A stretch of 63,936 nucleotides of DNA, filler included, from Octopus bimaculoides (GCF_001194135.2; 6 parts of 6 records of this genome joined end to end with filler, not necessarily neighbours in it), one strand, 5' to 3'. Shown: positions 11,790 through 24,169, counted from the first letter of the whole stretch. Numbers and translations: made by a program. The notes: generated by a model from the sequence alone, not told the origin.

Positions 11790-12140
11790 CCATCCGTAGG
11801 CCACGGGTTATGATCTCACTTGGCTTGCCGGGTCTTCTCACGCACAGCATATTTCCAAAGGTCTCGGTCACTAGTCATTGCCTCAGTGAGGCCTAATGTT
11901 CGAAGGTCGTGCCTCACCACCTCATCCCAGGTCTTCCTGGGTCTACCTCTTCCACAGGTTCCCTCAACCGCTAGGCTGTGACACTTTTTCACACATCTAT
12001 CCTCATCCATTCTCGCCACATGACCATACCAGTGCAGTCATCTCTCTTGCACACCACATCTGATGCTTCTTAGGTCCAACTTTTCTCTCAAGGTATTTAC
12101 ACTCTGTCGAGTATGCACACTGACATTACACATCCACCGG
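11790..12140 (-). mobile_element. RTE-clade LINE 3' end (young), truncated by gap
   Basis: RWMCNVS...LREKL...QERRLHWYGHVARMDEDRCVKKC..VEG..GRGRPRKTW..VVRHDL..LGL...DRDLW, with no disruption seen. Confidence 0.92.
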
Positions 12141-13411
12141 NNNNNNNNNNNNNNNNNNNNNNNNNNNNNNNNNNNNNNNNNNNNNNNNNNNNNNNNNNNN
12201 NNNNNNNNNNNNNNNNNNNNNNNNNNNNNNNNNNNNNNNNNNNNNNNNNNNNNNNNNNNNNNNNNNNNNNNNNNNNNNNNNNNNNNNNNNNNNNNNNNNN
12301 NNNNNNNNNNNNNNNNNNNNNNNNNNNNNNNNNNNNNNNNNNNNNNNNNNNNNNNNNNNNNNNNNNNNNNNNNNNNNNNNNNNNNNNNNNNNNNNNNNNN
12401 NNNNNNNNNNNNNNNNNNNNNNNNNNNNNNNNNNNNNNNNNNNNNNNNNNNNNNNNNNNNNNNNNNNNNNNNNNNNNNNNNNNNNNNNNNNNNNNNNNNN
12501 NNNNNNNNNNNNNNNNNNNNNNNNNNNNNNNNNNNNNNNNNNNNNNNNNNNNNNNNNNNNNNNNNNNNNNNNNNNNNNNNNNNNNNNNNNNNNNNNNNNN
12601 NNNNNNNNNNNNNNNNNNNNNNNNNNNNNNNNNNNNNNNNNNNNNNNNNNNNNNNNNNNNNNNNNNNNNNNNNNNNNNNNNNNNNNNNNNNNNNNNNNNN
12701 NNNNNNNNNNNNNNNNNNNNNNNNNNNNNNNNNNNNNNNNNNNNNNNNNNNNNNNNNNNNNNNNNNNNNNNNNNNNNNNNNNNNNNNNNNNNNNNNNNNN
12801 NNNNNNNNNNNNNNNNNNNNNNNNNNNNNNNNNNNNNNNNNNNNNNNNNNNNNNNNNNNNNNNNNNNNNNNNNNNNNNNNNNNNNNNNNNNNNNNNNNNN
12901 NNNNNNNNNNNNNNNNNNNNNNNNNNNNNNNNNNNNNNNNNNNNNNNNNNNNNNNNNNNNNNNNNNNNNNNNNNNNNNNNNNNNNNNNNNNNNNNNNNNN
13001 NNNNNNNNNNNNNNNNNNNNNTATATATATATATATATAAACAGACAAGCAGTTGGTATCAGGTTAGATTATAGCATTTATATATCTAAGTATGGGTGTT
13101 CATCATAAGGAGGACGGAAGTAAGACTATATGCAGACAATATTTTACACCTTATTTCAAGAACAGATGCGCAGATGGTGCATTTCCCTGCAAACGATCCG
13201 AAAGCGACATTAAGGCAGTCATCTACTCCATCATCAGAGGAAGAATGAAATAGAGCATTAGTAGCGAGCTTTGGTCTACTACAAGTGTAAGTGTAGAGGA
13301 AGTTAATATCCCTAATTTTAGTTGCAGTTCAAGTTGGAGTTTTAGGCAACAAGGTAACCTGAGCACTAATCGTATGGACCTATTACTTTACATCATCAGA
13401 CGTTATATTAC

Positions 13412-13452
<41 letters not shown>

Positions 13453-13478
13453 CTCTCTCTTACACTTTTGTTGTTTCT

Positions 13479-13533
<55 letters not shown>

Positions 13534-13633
13534 NNNNNNNNNNNNNNNNNNNNNNNNNNNNNNNNNNNNNNNNNNNNNNNNNNNNNNNNNNNNNNNNNNN
13601 NNNNNNNNNNNNNNNNNNNNNNNNNNNNNNNNN

Positions 13634-13697
<64 letters not shown>

Positions 13698-14416
13698 TGG
13701 GTAACCATGTGTCTTCTCTATAGCAAGACACCCATTTCTGCCTCTCTATTTCTGTTACACTCTAACCTTTCATCATCTGATACCAGACCACCTCTAATAC
13801 CACCTTTGTTGTGGCAAGACACCTGCTTCTGTCTTTTTGTCTCTTTGTCATACTCTAACTTTCATCCTCTGACACAAATGCCTTTGTCCCTCTCATTATT
13901 CCTTGTCTTGCGAGTTACTTGGTTACCATGCCAATGCTAGTGCCAGGTTAAAAGCATCCAGTCCACACTGTAACGTGGTTGGCGTTTGAAAAGGCATCTA
14001 GCTGTAAAGATCACGCTAAAACTAACCTCACCTGTGCTAGTGCTATGTGAAAAGCACCGAGTCCACTCTGCAGAGTGGTTGATGTTCGGAAGGGCATCCA
14101 GTCGTAAAAACCCGCCAAAACAGACACATTAGCCTAGGATAGTTTTTCTACCTGGTCGGCTCCTGTCAAACGTCCTACCCATGCATGCATGGAAGACGGA
14201 CGTTAAACGATGATGATGATGATGATGATGATGATGACGGTTTTAAAAATATCAGATTAACACCTATCTTATGGAAGATACGAAGATTTTCCATCTGGTT
14301 TATGTTAATCTGTTTGAAGTTATATTTCAGATCATTTTTAATTTTTAGAGAAAATTTTCAAAATAATGAGACTGTATCATGAACTTATTCTTAGATTTTT
14401 TTATATGTATGAATAT

Positions 14417-14461
<45 letters not shown>

Positions 14462-14658
14462 GGTAAGTGTTTGTGTATGTGTATGTATGTGTATATGTAT
14501 GTATGCATGTATGTATGTATGTATGTATGTATGTATGTGTACATGAGTATGTATGTATGTGGAGTGAGAGAATAGTGAAGAGAGAGGGGAGTGGGAGAGG
14601 GGGAGTGTGTGAGAGAGAGAGAGAGAGAGAGAGAAATGCAAAAAGAAAGAATTCTTAC

Positions 14659-14751
14659 CTGGACGAAGTAAGCAACTACTACAAGGCTGTGTCCTTTTTT
14701 CCAGGCCAATTGCTCAGAAGTAAATTTATAAGAATAATGGTAAATTTGAAC
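14659..14751 (-). CDS. alpha-carbonic anhydrase-related protein, exon C (phase 0-0)
   Basis: Acceptor tctatttag and donor CAG|gtaaga. 93 nt encoding VQIYHYSYKFTSEQLAWKKGHSLVVVAYFVQ, which aligns to the CA segment LHLVH...DGLAVLGIF with His119 read as Gln. Confidence 0.9.
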
Positions 14752-15084
14752 CTAAATAGAGAAGGAATGATGGCCAAATAAGGAGGAATTCAGTTAGTGA
14801 ATCAATGGTTACAATTTTTTCTTTTAAATAGAATCAGCTGTGGATACATTGGAAGGATTTTGCATTACAGTCGTGCTGGTATCATCGTTATTATCTTCTT
14901 TGCACACTTAATCCTGAGACAGTCGTGCTGTTGGAGGGGCAGAGCCCTTAAGCTAGTCTTCCATCGGGTCCTGTCAGAAAAACCACCGTCTCCAAACGAT
15001 CAGATTGTATCCGCAAGCAAGACTAACTGAGCTTCTGCCCTTAAAACCAGCCCGGCAATCCTTTCTCGAGACGTTCTTATCAGG

Positions 15085-15862
15085 CGTGGCTATATGGAAA
15101 GAAGCTTGCTTCCCAATCACATGGTTCCAGGTTCAGTCCCACTGCGTGGCATCTTGACTGAGTGTTTTCTACTATTGCCTCGGAACGACCAAAGCCTTGT
15201 GAGTCGATTTGGTAGACGGAATCTGAAAGAAGCCCGTCGCATATATATGTGTGCGTGCGCGTGTGTGTATCTATTATCTTTTATCCCTTACCTGTTTCAG
15301 TCATGAGACTGCGGCCATACTGGGGCACCCCTTGAATTTTTAGTCGAATGAATCCAACCCAGTACTTGTTTTTTAAACCTGGTACTTATTCTATCGGTCT
15401 CTTTTACCGAACCACTAAGTTACGGGGACGTAAACACACCAGCACCGGCTGTCAAATGGTGATGCGGGTACAAACACACACACATATATATATATACATA
15501 CATATATACACTAGCCCAAGGTGCCACTCAGTGGGACTGAGCCCGGAACCCTATGGTTGGGAAGCAAACTTCTTACCACACAGCCACTCTTGATAATACT
15601 TACATACATACATACATACATACATACACACATACATACATATCCTTTTATTCTTTTATTCATTTACATATTTCAGTCATGTGACTGTGGCCCTGCTGGA
15701 ACAAATCGACCCCAGGACTTATTCTTTGTAAGCCTACTACTTATTCTATCGGTTTCTTTTGCCGAACCGCTAATTTACGGGGACGTAAACACACCAACAT
15801 CGGTTGTCAAGCAATAGTGGGGGAGAAACACAGATATACAAATACACACACACACACAAATA

Positions 15863-15898
<36 letters not shown>

Positions 15899-15960
15899 TA
15901 CATATATCTATATATACGACGGGCTTCTTTCAGTTTCCGTCTACCAAATCCACTCACAAC
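15085..15960. mobile_element. cluster of family 3 SINE heads and tails
   Basis: Plus head at 15085-15240; minus tails at 15280-15480 and 15660-15840; minus head pieces at 15510-15590 and 15915-15960. Confidence 0.75.
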
Positions 15961-17019
15961 ATTTAAATATTTTGGTCGTGTACTACGGACATATCTTTTA
16001 TCTTTTACTTGTTTCATTATTAGACTGCGGACATGCTGGGGCACAACATCGGAGAATGCATTTATGTATGAATATGTGTATGTATGTATGTCTGTATCTG
16101 TATCTGTGTGTGTGTGTGTGTGTGTGTGTGTNNNNNNNNNNNNNNNNNNNNNNNNNNNNNNNNNNNNNNNNNNNNNNNNNNNNNNNNNNNNNNNNNNNNN
16201 NNNNNNNNNNNNNNNNNNNNNNNNNNNNNNNNNNNNNNNNNNNNNNNNNNNNNNNNNNNNNNNNNNNNNNNNNNNNNNNNNNNNNNNNNNNNNNNNNNNN
16301 NNNNNNNNNNNNNNNNNNNNNNNNNNNNNNNNNNNNNNNNNNNNNNNNNNNNNNNNNNNNNNNNNNNNNNNNNNNNNNNNNNNNNNNNNNNNNNNNNNNN
16401 NNNNNNNNNNNNNNNNNNNNNNNNNNNNNNNNNNNNNNNNNNNNNNNNNNNNNNNNNNNNNNNNNNNNNNNNNNNNNNNNNNNNNNNNNNNNNNNNNNNN
16501 NNNNNNNNNNNNNNNNNNNNNNNNNNNNNNNNNNNNNNNNNNNNNNNNNNNNNNNNNNNNNNNNNNNNNNNNNNNNNNNNNNNNNNNNNNNNNNNNNNNN
16601 NNNNNNNNNNNNNNNNNNNNNNNNNNNNNNNNNNNNNNNNNNNNNNNNNNNNNNNNNNNNNNNNNNNNNNNNNNNNNNNNNNNNNNNNNNNNNNNNNNNN
16701 NNNNNNNNNNNNNNNNNNNNNNNNNNNNNNNNNNNNNNNNNNNNNNNNNNNNNNNNNNNNNNNNNNNNNNNNNNNNNNNNNNNNNNNNNNNNNNNNNNNN
16801 NNNNNNNNNNNNNNNNNNNNNNNNNNNNNNNNNNNNNNNNNNNNNNNNNNNNNNNNNNNNNNNNNNNNNNNNNNNNNNNNNNNNNNNNNNNNNNNNNNNN
16901 NNNNNNNNNNNNNNNNNNNNNNNNNNNNNNNNNNNNNNNNNNNNNNNNNNNNNNNNNNNNNNNNNNNNNNNNNNNNNNNNNNNNNNNNNNNNNNNNNNNN
17001 NNNNNNNNNNNNNNNNNNN

Positions 17020-17320
17020 AGTGGCTGAGCACTCCACAGACACGTGTACCCTTAACGTAGTTCTCGGGGATATTCAGCGTGACACAGTGTGACAAGGCTG
17101 ACCCTTTGAATTACAGGCGCAACAAAAACAGGAAGTAAGAGTGAGAGAAAGTTGTGGTGAAAGAGTACAGCAGGGTTTGCCACCATCCATTGCCGGAGCC
17201 TCGTGGAGCTTTTAGGTGTTTTCGCTCAATAAACACTCACAACGCCCGGTCGGGGAATCGAAACCACGATCCTATGACCGCGAGTCCGCTGCCCTAACCA
17301 CTGGGCTATTGCGCCTCCAC
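17020..17320 (-). mobile_element. tRNA-derived SINE (family 1), gap-truncated
   Basis: High identity to 990-1286. Confidence 0.85.
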
Positions 17321-17520
17321 ACTGCAGTATACTTTGTTCTAACAGAACATCTATGTTTAAGTGGGGATAAATATTACCTCTCGGTATTAATACTGCCTCT
17401 GTCGCTAATACATGTATGTATATATGTGTGCGTGTGTGTGCGGGTATACGGTCGCGTGTGTGCACTTTACAAACATACAGTTATATACTCACATCACCAA
17501 CAAATATAAGTTACACCTAC

Positions 17521-17666
17521 CTCCATTGGGTATCGCCGTCCTTCAAGCAAATGTTCTGATCCTATAATATCTACGGATCCCCAGTGGAAAGCCATTTTAT
17601 GTGCAATATACATTTCGGTCAGTCCTCCACCTTGCAAATGCAAACCTTTCTGCAGTTTCAACGTCA
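17521..17666 (-). CDS. alpha-carbonic anhydrase-related protein, exon B (phase 1-0)
   Basis: Acceptor cctattgttattgcag and donor GAG|gtaggt. 146 nt encoding (V)TLKLQKGLHLQGGGLTEMYIAHKMAFHWGSVDIIGSEHLLEGRRYPME. GGGL, FHWG, GSEH and YPME are CA motifs; canonical QFHFHWG reads KMAFHWG here. Confidence 0.95.
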
Positions 17667-18329
17667 CTGCAATAACAATAGGTCGAAAACTTCAGATTTT
17701 GATGGATGGATGCGTTTTCATATGTGCTGAGTCATCGTGAATGCAGTGTTGTATGAGGCATGTTGCAATGGCGATGCGATGCAATGATTTTTGGTGGTTG
17801 TGTTGAGTATTAGTATGAGGAGCAATAATAGCGGTAGCAACAGCAACAACAACTGAAACAATAACAGCAAAAACAACAACAATAACAATAATAGTAATAA
17901 TGATGAAGATAATGATGATTTCTTTTATTTCCTACCAGGACAGGACGGCAAGTGAGGGGGACAACACAAAGACGGACATAAAGTGTGGGAACTTACATAG
18001 AACGGATACGATTTACGAAATAAATACAAGTATACATTGTACTCAATATTGATTTCAAATTTTGGCATAAGGCCTAAAAGTTCAGGGATGGGATAGGTCG
18101 GTTAAATCGACCCCCCCCCACTCCCACCTATTACTCAACTGGTACTTATTCTATTGACCCAGGGTGGATGAAAGGCAAAGTCAGACCTCGGCGGAATTTG
18201 AACTCAGAACGTAAAGACGGGCGAAATGCCGCTAAGTATTTTGCCCAGTATGCTAACGATTCTGCCAGCTCGCTACCCTTACATTGAATACAATATCAAC
18301 AAAACAATAGGAAAAAAGAATGATAGTGA

Positions 18330-19060
18330 TGCGATCCTCCAAGGACAGAGAACATCTATGGACAATCTAAGAACACTACTAAGCAATATCTATCCATGTA
18401 CGAACTAAAGCCCGTTACCGTTTTCGGCCCATCACTTTCTCCAAACAGTCACGCGAAGTACTGCTGGAATGTCACACACATCTGCTCGGAACCGAGTAGC
18501 ACTCGCCGGTCCCGATCCATCAAAGACCCGATCGTAGTTTTGTTGCCAAGTCGCATCTCCACCATTCGGGCCCATAGGACGGTTTTAATTCCTTCATGTT
18601 AGAACGCACGAGTTTTAGCTCCGACAACGCAACGCAACCTTCGTGTTTCGCCTCAAAGAAATAGTCAAGGGCTGTTCTCGTCGCTAGCACATCGGTTGCA
18701 ATGTCTTTACTAATCATTTCTCCAAGTTTGCCAACTAGCTCTCCTTCTAATCGATTTCTTTCTATTGCAGACTCTTTGCTAAACGCTATTGATTCTACTC
18801 TAATCGTCCTCTTCATGGCGACAAACCGGTTGTTGACGATTGTGTCTCCCCCCCCCCCCNNNNNNNNNNNNNNNCCGTCAACTGCCGCTTAGCTAATTCG
18901 CTAATCCGGTCTCTGTAGTCCTTGCGTGCCGGAAAGGATGTGTTCAACTTCCAGTTGCCGAGTACCTGTCAACGGAGCCTATCTAAATCGACTGTGCAGA
19001 TTACAAGTTGTGGACAATCTATGCTGTCATTATCTGTTGCCCTACCAAATACTAGATCTA
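18330..19060 (-). mobile_element. Tx1/L1-clade LINE ORF2 remnant (end of endonuclease + linker)
   Basis: VDLDR..GNWKLNTSF..DYRDRISEL, then KRTIRVESIAFSKE..LEGELVGKL..ALDYFFEAKHEGC. Confidence 0.75.
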
Positions 19061-19767
19061 GATACGATGTGAATGATCTATTGTGGTTGCTCGCCGCCTT
19101 TGATAATAATAATTACAATACCAGCAAAGACAACGACAACAACAACAACAACAACAACAATCCTTTCTACAGGAGGCACAAGGCCTCAAATTTGGGGACA
19201 AGATTAAGTCGATTACATCGACACCAGTGCGTAACTGGTACTTATTTAATCGACTTCGAAAAGATGAAAAACAAAGTCGACCTCGGCGGAATTTGAACTC
19301 AGAACGTAGTAGCAGACGAAATACTGCTGAGCATTAACGTCCAGCACGCTAACGATTCTGCCATCTCGCCGCGTAATAATAATGATAATAATGTCAACAG
19401 AACGACCGCAACAGCAACAAATACAACAAAATGAATAGTCAAAGGACCATAATGGTCTGTCTTTGCGCATACACACGTCTCTATTCCAGTGTTTGCGTGC
19501 GTGCGTGTGTGTGTGTGTGTGTGAGTGTGTGTGTACGACCACTTTGGAAATAGCAGCCAAATCTGCCTCAAATAGGACACATTGTATAATATAGTAGGTT
19601 CTAGGTATACTAGAGGTCACAAATTAATTTTCTGTACTCGAAAATTTACTCGAACAGGGCTGATCCGGAGCCATTGCTTCCAACAACAACAACAACAACA
19701 ACAACAAAAACAACAACGACCATAACGTCGTCCATGACGACGATGGCGACAACGACTAAATTATCAC

Positions 19768-19932
19768 CTGTGTGTCCCGTGTTAGTCATTGTTAAATTAG
19801 ACGCTGTGTTCGAGTATCCCGAGAAAACCAGTTCACGGTGTTTCACGTATCTGGTGTCTTTAAGATAAATACTTATTGGCGACTGTCTTCTGCCACCGCA
19901 CGAAGGATATTCGTTTTCCCAGTCTTTGTTGT
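19768..19932 (-). CDS. alpha-carbonic anhydrase-related protein, exon A (most 5' confident exon, phase 1-1)
   Basis: Acceptor tttttttctcctttgcag and donor CAG|gtgata. 165 nt encoding NKDWENEYPSCGGRRQSPISIYLKDTRYVKHRELVFSGYSNTASNLTMTNTGHT(V), with the alpha-CA motifs C-x-G-x-x-QSPI and N-x-GHT. Confidence 0.93.
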
Positions 19933-20049
19933 CTGCAAAGGAGAAAAAAAGGATCTTTATGATTTGACGGCCAACGCTTGTTTTCTTAACGAAACCCTAA
20001 AGATCCGAAAAAAACAAAAAAAAAACAAACGTAAAGCACATGTAATACA

Positions 20050-20102
<53 letters not shown>

Positions 20103-21083
20103 ACACACGTACACACACAGATACAGACGTACATACACATATTCATACATAAATGCATTCTCCGATGTGGCGCCCCAGCATGTCCGCAGTCTAATAATGA
20201 AAAAAGTAAAAGATAAAAGATATGTCCGTAGTACACAACCAAAATATTTAAATGTTGTGAGTGGATTTGGTAATGTAATTGTCATGCTTTTAGAGAAAAT
20301 GACATTCACACCTAGTTGTCAAAGTCCCACCCAGATACAGACTTGTTGGACATCGTTTCTCTTTTCCCTTTCTAACGCCAATAGAACAGTTTCCGTTCAT
20401 CCCAAAATGCAAGGATAGGGAAAACTGAGTGAAGGTTCTCGTGTCGGATTGAGAAGGGGCGGACCTTAATCTCATCACGAGACTTTATCATCTGGTTGAT
20501 AACTAATGAAGAATTAGGAACCTTCTGTGTCTGTCTCCTGTCCGGTTGTAAACTTCGTATGCGTTAATACGTTTTATACCTGCCATTTGTTTATTTACAA
20601 TACAACTTTTCATTTTTATTCAGAACCCGACATTCTCGTAATTTTTTTCGTATCCGTAATACGATCTTTTTGCATTCACTGGTCTATAGAATTTCATACC
20701 ACATAACTGTATCGAACTCACCAATCTCGGAGACTTGGCAAGGGCCGTGTGCTGCCAGAGGCCTCTACTAATCAATAAGACACTTACGCACACGCATATA
20801 CACGCACACACATACATGCACAGAAGGGGTTAGGCATCCACCAAGTAATCACTAGGAACAGCAGGAATAAAGCATTCCACTTACCTACGTGATAGCTCCA
20901 CCCTGCAAAAATTAAAAGCAAATTTTAACTTGGAAAGATGTGACAGCCATTTGCATCTACAGCACGGTAAAACTAGTAACTAAATAACTAAAATAATTTC
21001 CATTCACCTTGCAATTATACACACACACACACACACACANNNNNNNNNNNNNNNNNNNNNNNNNNNNNNNNNNNNNNNNNNNN

Positions 21084-21095
21084 TTAATTAATTAA
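21084..21095. other. assembly gap spacer TTAATTAATTAA inside an N-run (also near 39163, 42829, 47884, 62047)
   Basis: The identical 12-mer is centred in five ~100-nt N blocks and gives stops in all six frames. Confidence 0.9.
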
Positions 21096-21402
21096 NNNNN
21101 NNNNNNNNNNNNNNNNNNNNNNNNNNNNNNNNNNNNNNNTTTTCCGTATCTGCAATACTTTTTCAATATCTCCAGTAGGCACGAATTTCATATCCATCAC
21201 TAAAAATATTTGATTCTTGCTCTATAGAGAAATATTTGATGATATATAAAAATAAAAAAAAGAAATAGAACTTAGAAAATCTGAAAATTTGTCTTTTTTG
21301 TAAAAGGTGTCTCTGGAGGTGTCTCCTCACAGCATAAGGAAGTTTATTTTGTTTATTTCTTTTTTACAAAGCCGTTGGGTAAAATTGCTTTCAGCAGTTA
21401 AC

Positions 21403-21483
21403 AATAATAAAACTTTGAGCGGATATATCCGTTTTCTGCCTTCAAAGTGTTAAACGTGGGTCTAAAGACAACATGGACTCCGG
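21403..21483 (-). CDS. candidate upstream exon of the CA-related gene (phase 1-1)
   Basis: Strong acceptor tttttttcattgcag and an open frame GVHVVFRPTFNTLKAENGYIRSKFYY(Y) that joins exon A in frame. The donor (T|gttaac) is weak. Confidence 0.3.
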
Positions 21484-22968
21484 CTGCAATGAAAAAAATT
21501 CTCCTAAGAGAATTGAACTCAAGGGATTTTATAAGCCTGCCAAAACGTTCTATAACGTTCCATAAGATGTTTTTAAGCAGAAAAATTAGACATTTTCTGA
21601 CTGTCACTGCCTATTACAAACTAACGTCACGGAGGATTAGCTGAATATTGCCAGATATAGTATTATTATTATTCATCAGTGGTAAATATATCTAAGTCAA
21701 TATTGTCATATGCTGTATTTTTAGCATATAAGTTGACGTAGTGTACACATTCAAACATTAACACTATCTTTTCAAATCCTGCTGCATATCACTTGGAATT
21801 TTAGATCCTCCAAAGTTATCTGATGTATAAGCCAACTGACCTTTTCAGATGTAAATTTTGGTCTGAAAAGTTCTTCTTGTATGGTAGAAAATGCTGTATA
21901 GAATATTCTTTTCTACTCTAGGCATAAGGCCCGAAATTTTGGGGGAGGGGACCAGTCGATTAGATCGACCNNNNNNNNNNAGGCATAAGGCCCGAAATTT
22001 TGGGGGAGGGGACCAGTCGATTAGATCGACCCAGTACGCAACTGGTACTTAATTTATCGACTCCGAAAGGATGACTTGCAAAGTCGGCCTCAGCGGAATT
22101 TGAACTCAGAACGTAAAGACGGACGAAATACCGCTAAGCATTTTGCACAGTGTGATAAAGTTTCTGCCAGCTCGCCGCCGCCTTACCGTATAAAATATTA
22201 TTCGCCAACGGTTCTGGCTTTCGAATTTAAAGCATTCCTGGTTTGAATTCGAGAAAGTCTATTTTTTACAAAGCAACAGTAAACTAATGTTCTCGTGTTA
22301 TTAAACGCGTGTATTTAGTATGAATATAGTGCAGAAGGCAAAAAATTGCAATGAAACTCACGGCAGATTTAGAACAGAAAATTACAAATTTTCACCGATA
22401 TCTCATTAGAAAGAAGGGGCAATACATCAACGTAGAATTGGATTAAGAATATAGCTGAAATACCTTGCTTTTGCGTTTTTGTTTTTTTTTTTTGTACGCC
22501 TACCAATAAAGCTGCTGATACCAAAGGTAAAAAGTGCAGGTGATAAAGAACAAATCCAAGTTCATAGTCATATTAAGCTACCTTGCTTTCAGAACCGAAT
22601 TATAACCAATGTTTATTTTTAAATGAAAAACAATGATAAATATAAAGTTCCCTTTTGGTGATTTCGTTCACGTCTGCTAGAAAGGTTGGATGGCTGAATT
22701 TGGAATACATTCATGCATTGAAATTGTGTAGAAAATGCCTCCAGGTTGTTTAAGAAGGTGAAAAAAAAACTTGTTAATTGGAGCACGTTCAGATCCCATT
22801 TAACAAACAATGTCAAGAAACATCAAAAACGAAACAATTCTATTACTGAGGAACCCCCCCCCCCCTGGTCAGGAGCATTAATGTCTACGCTGCATTCTTT
22901 CGATGTAAACTTAAATCTTTTAAAGACAATGTTTGTTTCGAATAATACTGTAGTGGCGCGAAATTATA

Positions 22969-23090
22969 GCCGCCATTGAGGAAGTACTATTCTGCGCATG
23001 CGCAGGGGACTTCACCACCGGAAGCCTCTCGAGTTGCACATGCGTAGTAAAACTCGTACTTAAGCAGTTAGTTTCAATTTCTCGGTGAGT
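22969..23090. promoter_or_regulatory. candidate promoter: YY1-, NRF1- and ETS-type motifs plus a splice donor
   Basis: GCCGCCATT at 22969-77, palindrome CTGCGCATGCGCAG at 22992-23005, CCGGAAG at 23018-24, GCACATGCGT at ~23036-45 and G|GTGAGT at 23085, all in a locally CpG-richer patch. Confidence 0.5.
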
Positions 23091-23369
23091 TGAGTTCAGA
23101 CCTACATGACAACACCTCGCTCCTCCACGAAGCATTTTTACACTGTTCTCTGGCAGGCATCAAGGAAGACCTTAACCTTCCATTACCAAACCACAATTTA
23201 ATCAGCGGCTGCTAAGCTGAATGACAGGAATTTGTATAACCAAGTATCATCCTAAATAAACCTTTTTATTATGTTGTTAATTGTTCTGATGTCTCTTCAT
23301 TTGTAATGCTGTTGAAAGGTGATAGAGAGAGACTAACGTCTCGATGACAAATATCATAACTATTGCAAT

Positions 23370-23800
23370 ACAAATGGATGGTTGATGGAGAAGGTCATCA
23401 ACAAATGGCAGTTATGTATGCGGTCCAACACAAAGTATATTGTGCAATTTTGAATAAAGTCTTGAGGAGGTTTCCGTGGAAAGAAATGTTGAAATTGGAG
23501 CTTCAAATGCAAGGAATGGGTAAAAAGAGCATTCTTTTGGGAAGGAACTGTGGAAAAGAAGTATAGATTCCTAAGTAGAATTGGGAACTTTCAATAATTC
23601 AGATCTTTTGTAGATTCCTTTATACCAGAGGATGAACGTATTTACTGCAAGATTTGGAAACTTTATCATATATGGGATTATTTTTTGGCAATAACAAATA
23701 TCTAATACAGAAAGCGGGAAAAAATGTTGTAATATTGCCAGCGAGATTCGAATGCTGCGACTGCTGTAATCCACAAAGCTGTACTAATGCTTACACCAAA
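23370..23800 (+). mobile_element. RTE-type apurinic endonuclease remnant
   Basis: Decayed frame VCGPTQ..NFE..LEEV..VEIG..NARNG..FGK....TFNNSDLL, which parallels AYAP / FYE / GDFNA.G / IGK.G / N.L in RTE endonucleases. Confidence 0.5.
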
Positions 23801-23972
23801 GCGACATCACAACACTTCACGTCTAAATTACAATGCTTAACACCAACGTAGCTAAGTTTACGCATACCAGGGTCAGCGGCCTTTCAACAGGAATCTCAAT
23901 ATACACAGTATCAAACAATGATACATGTATATAATTTACGCGCGCGCACGCACACACACAAACACACACACA

Positions 23973-24053
<81 letters not shown>

Positions 24054-24169
24054 CGTTATTAACCTTGGAAATAAAATCTCTAAAGTATTTATGATTTGTG
24101 TTTCAAAATTGCTGTATCACTTACCGAAGATTTTTATTGCCAATAAAATAACTTTCAAATGAAGTTCAT

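Noticed and set aside
13095-13260. RLYADN as an RT YADD box
   Set aside because: It is an isolated motif with no flanking RT domains.
21920-22031. 51-bp direct duplication of a SINE tail
   Set aside because: The copies flank a 10-N gap, typical of an unmerged contig overlap.
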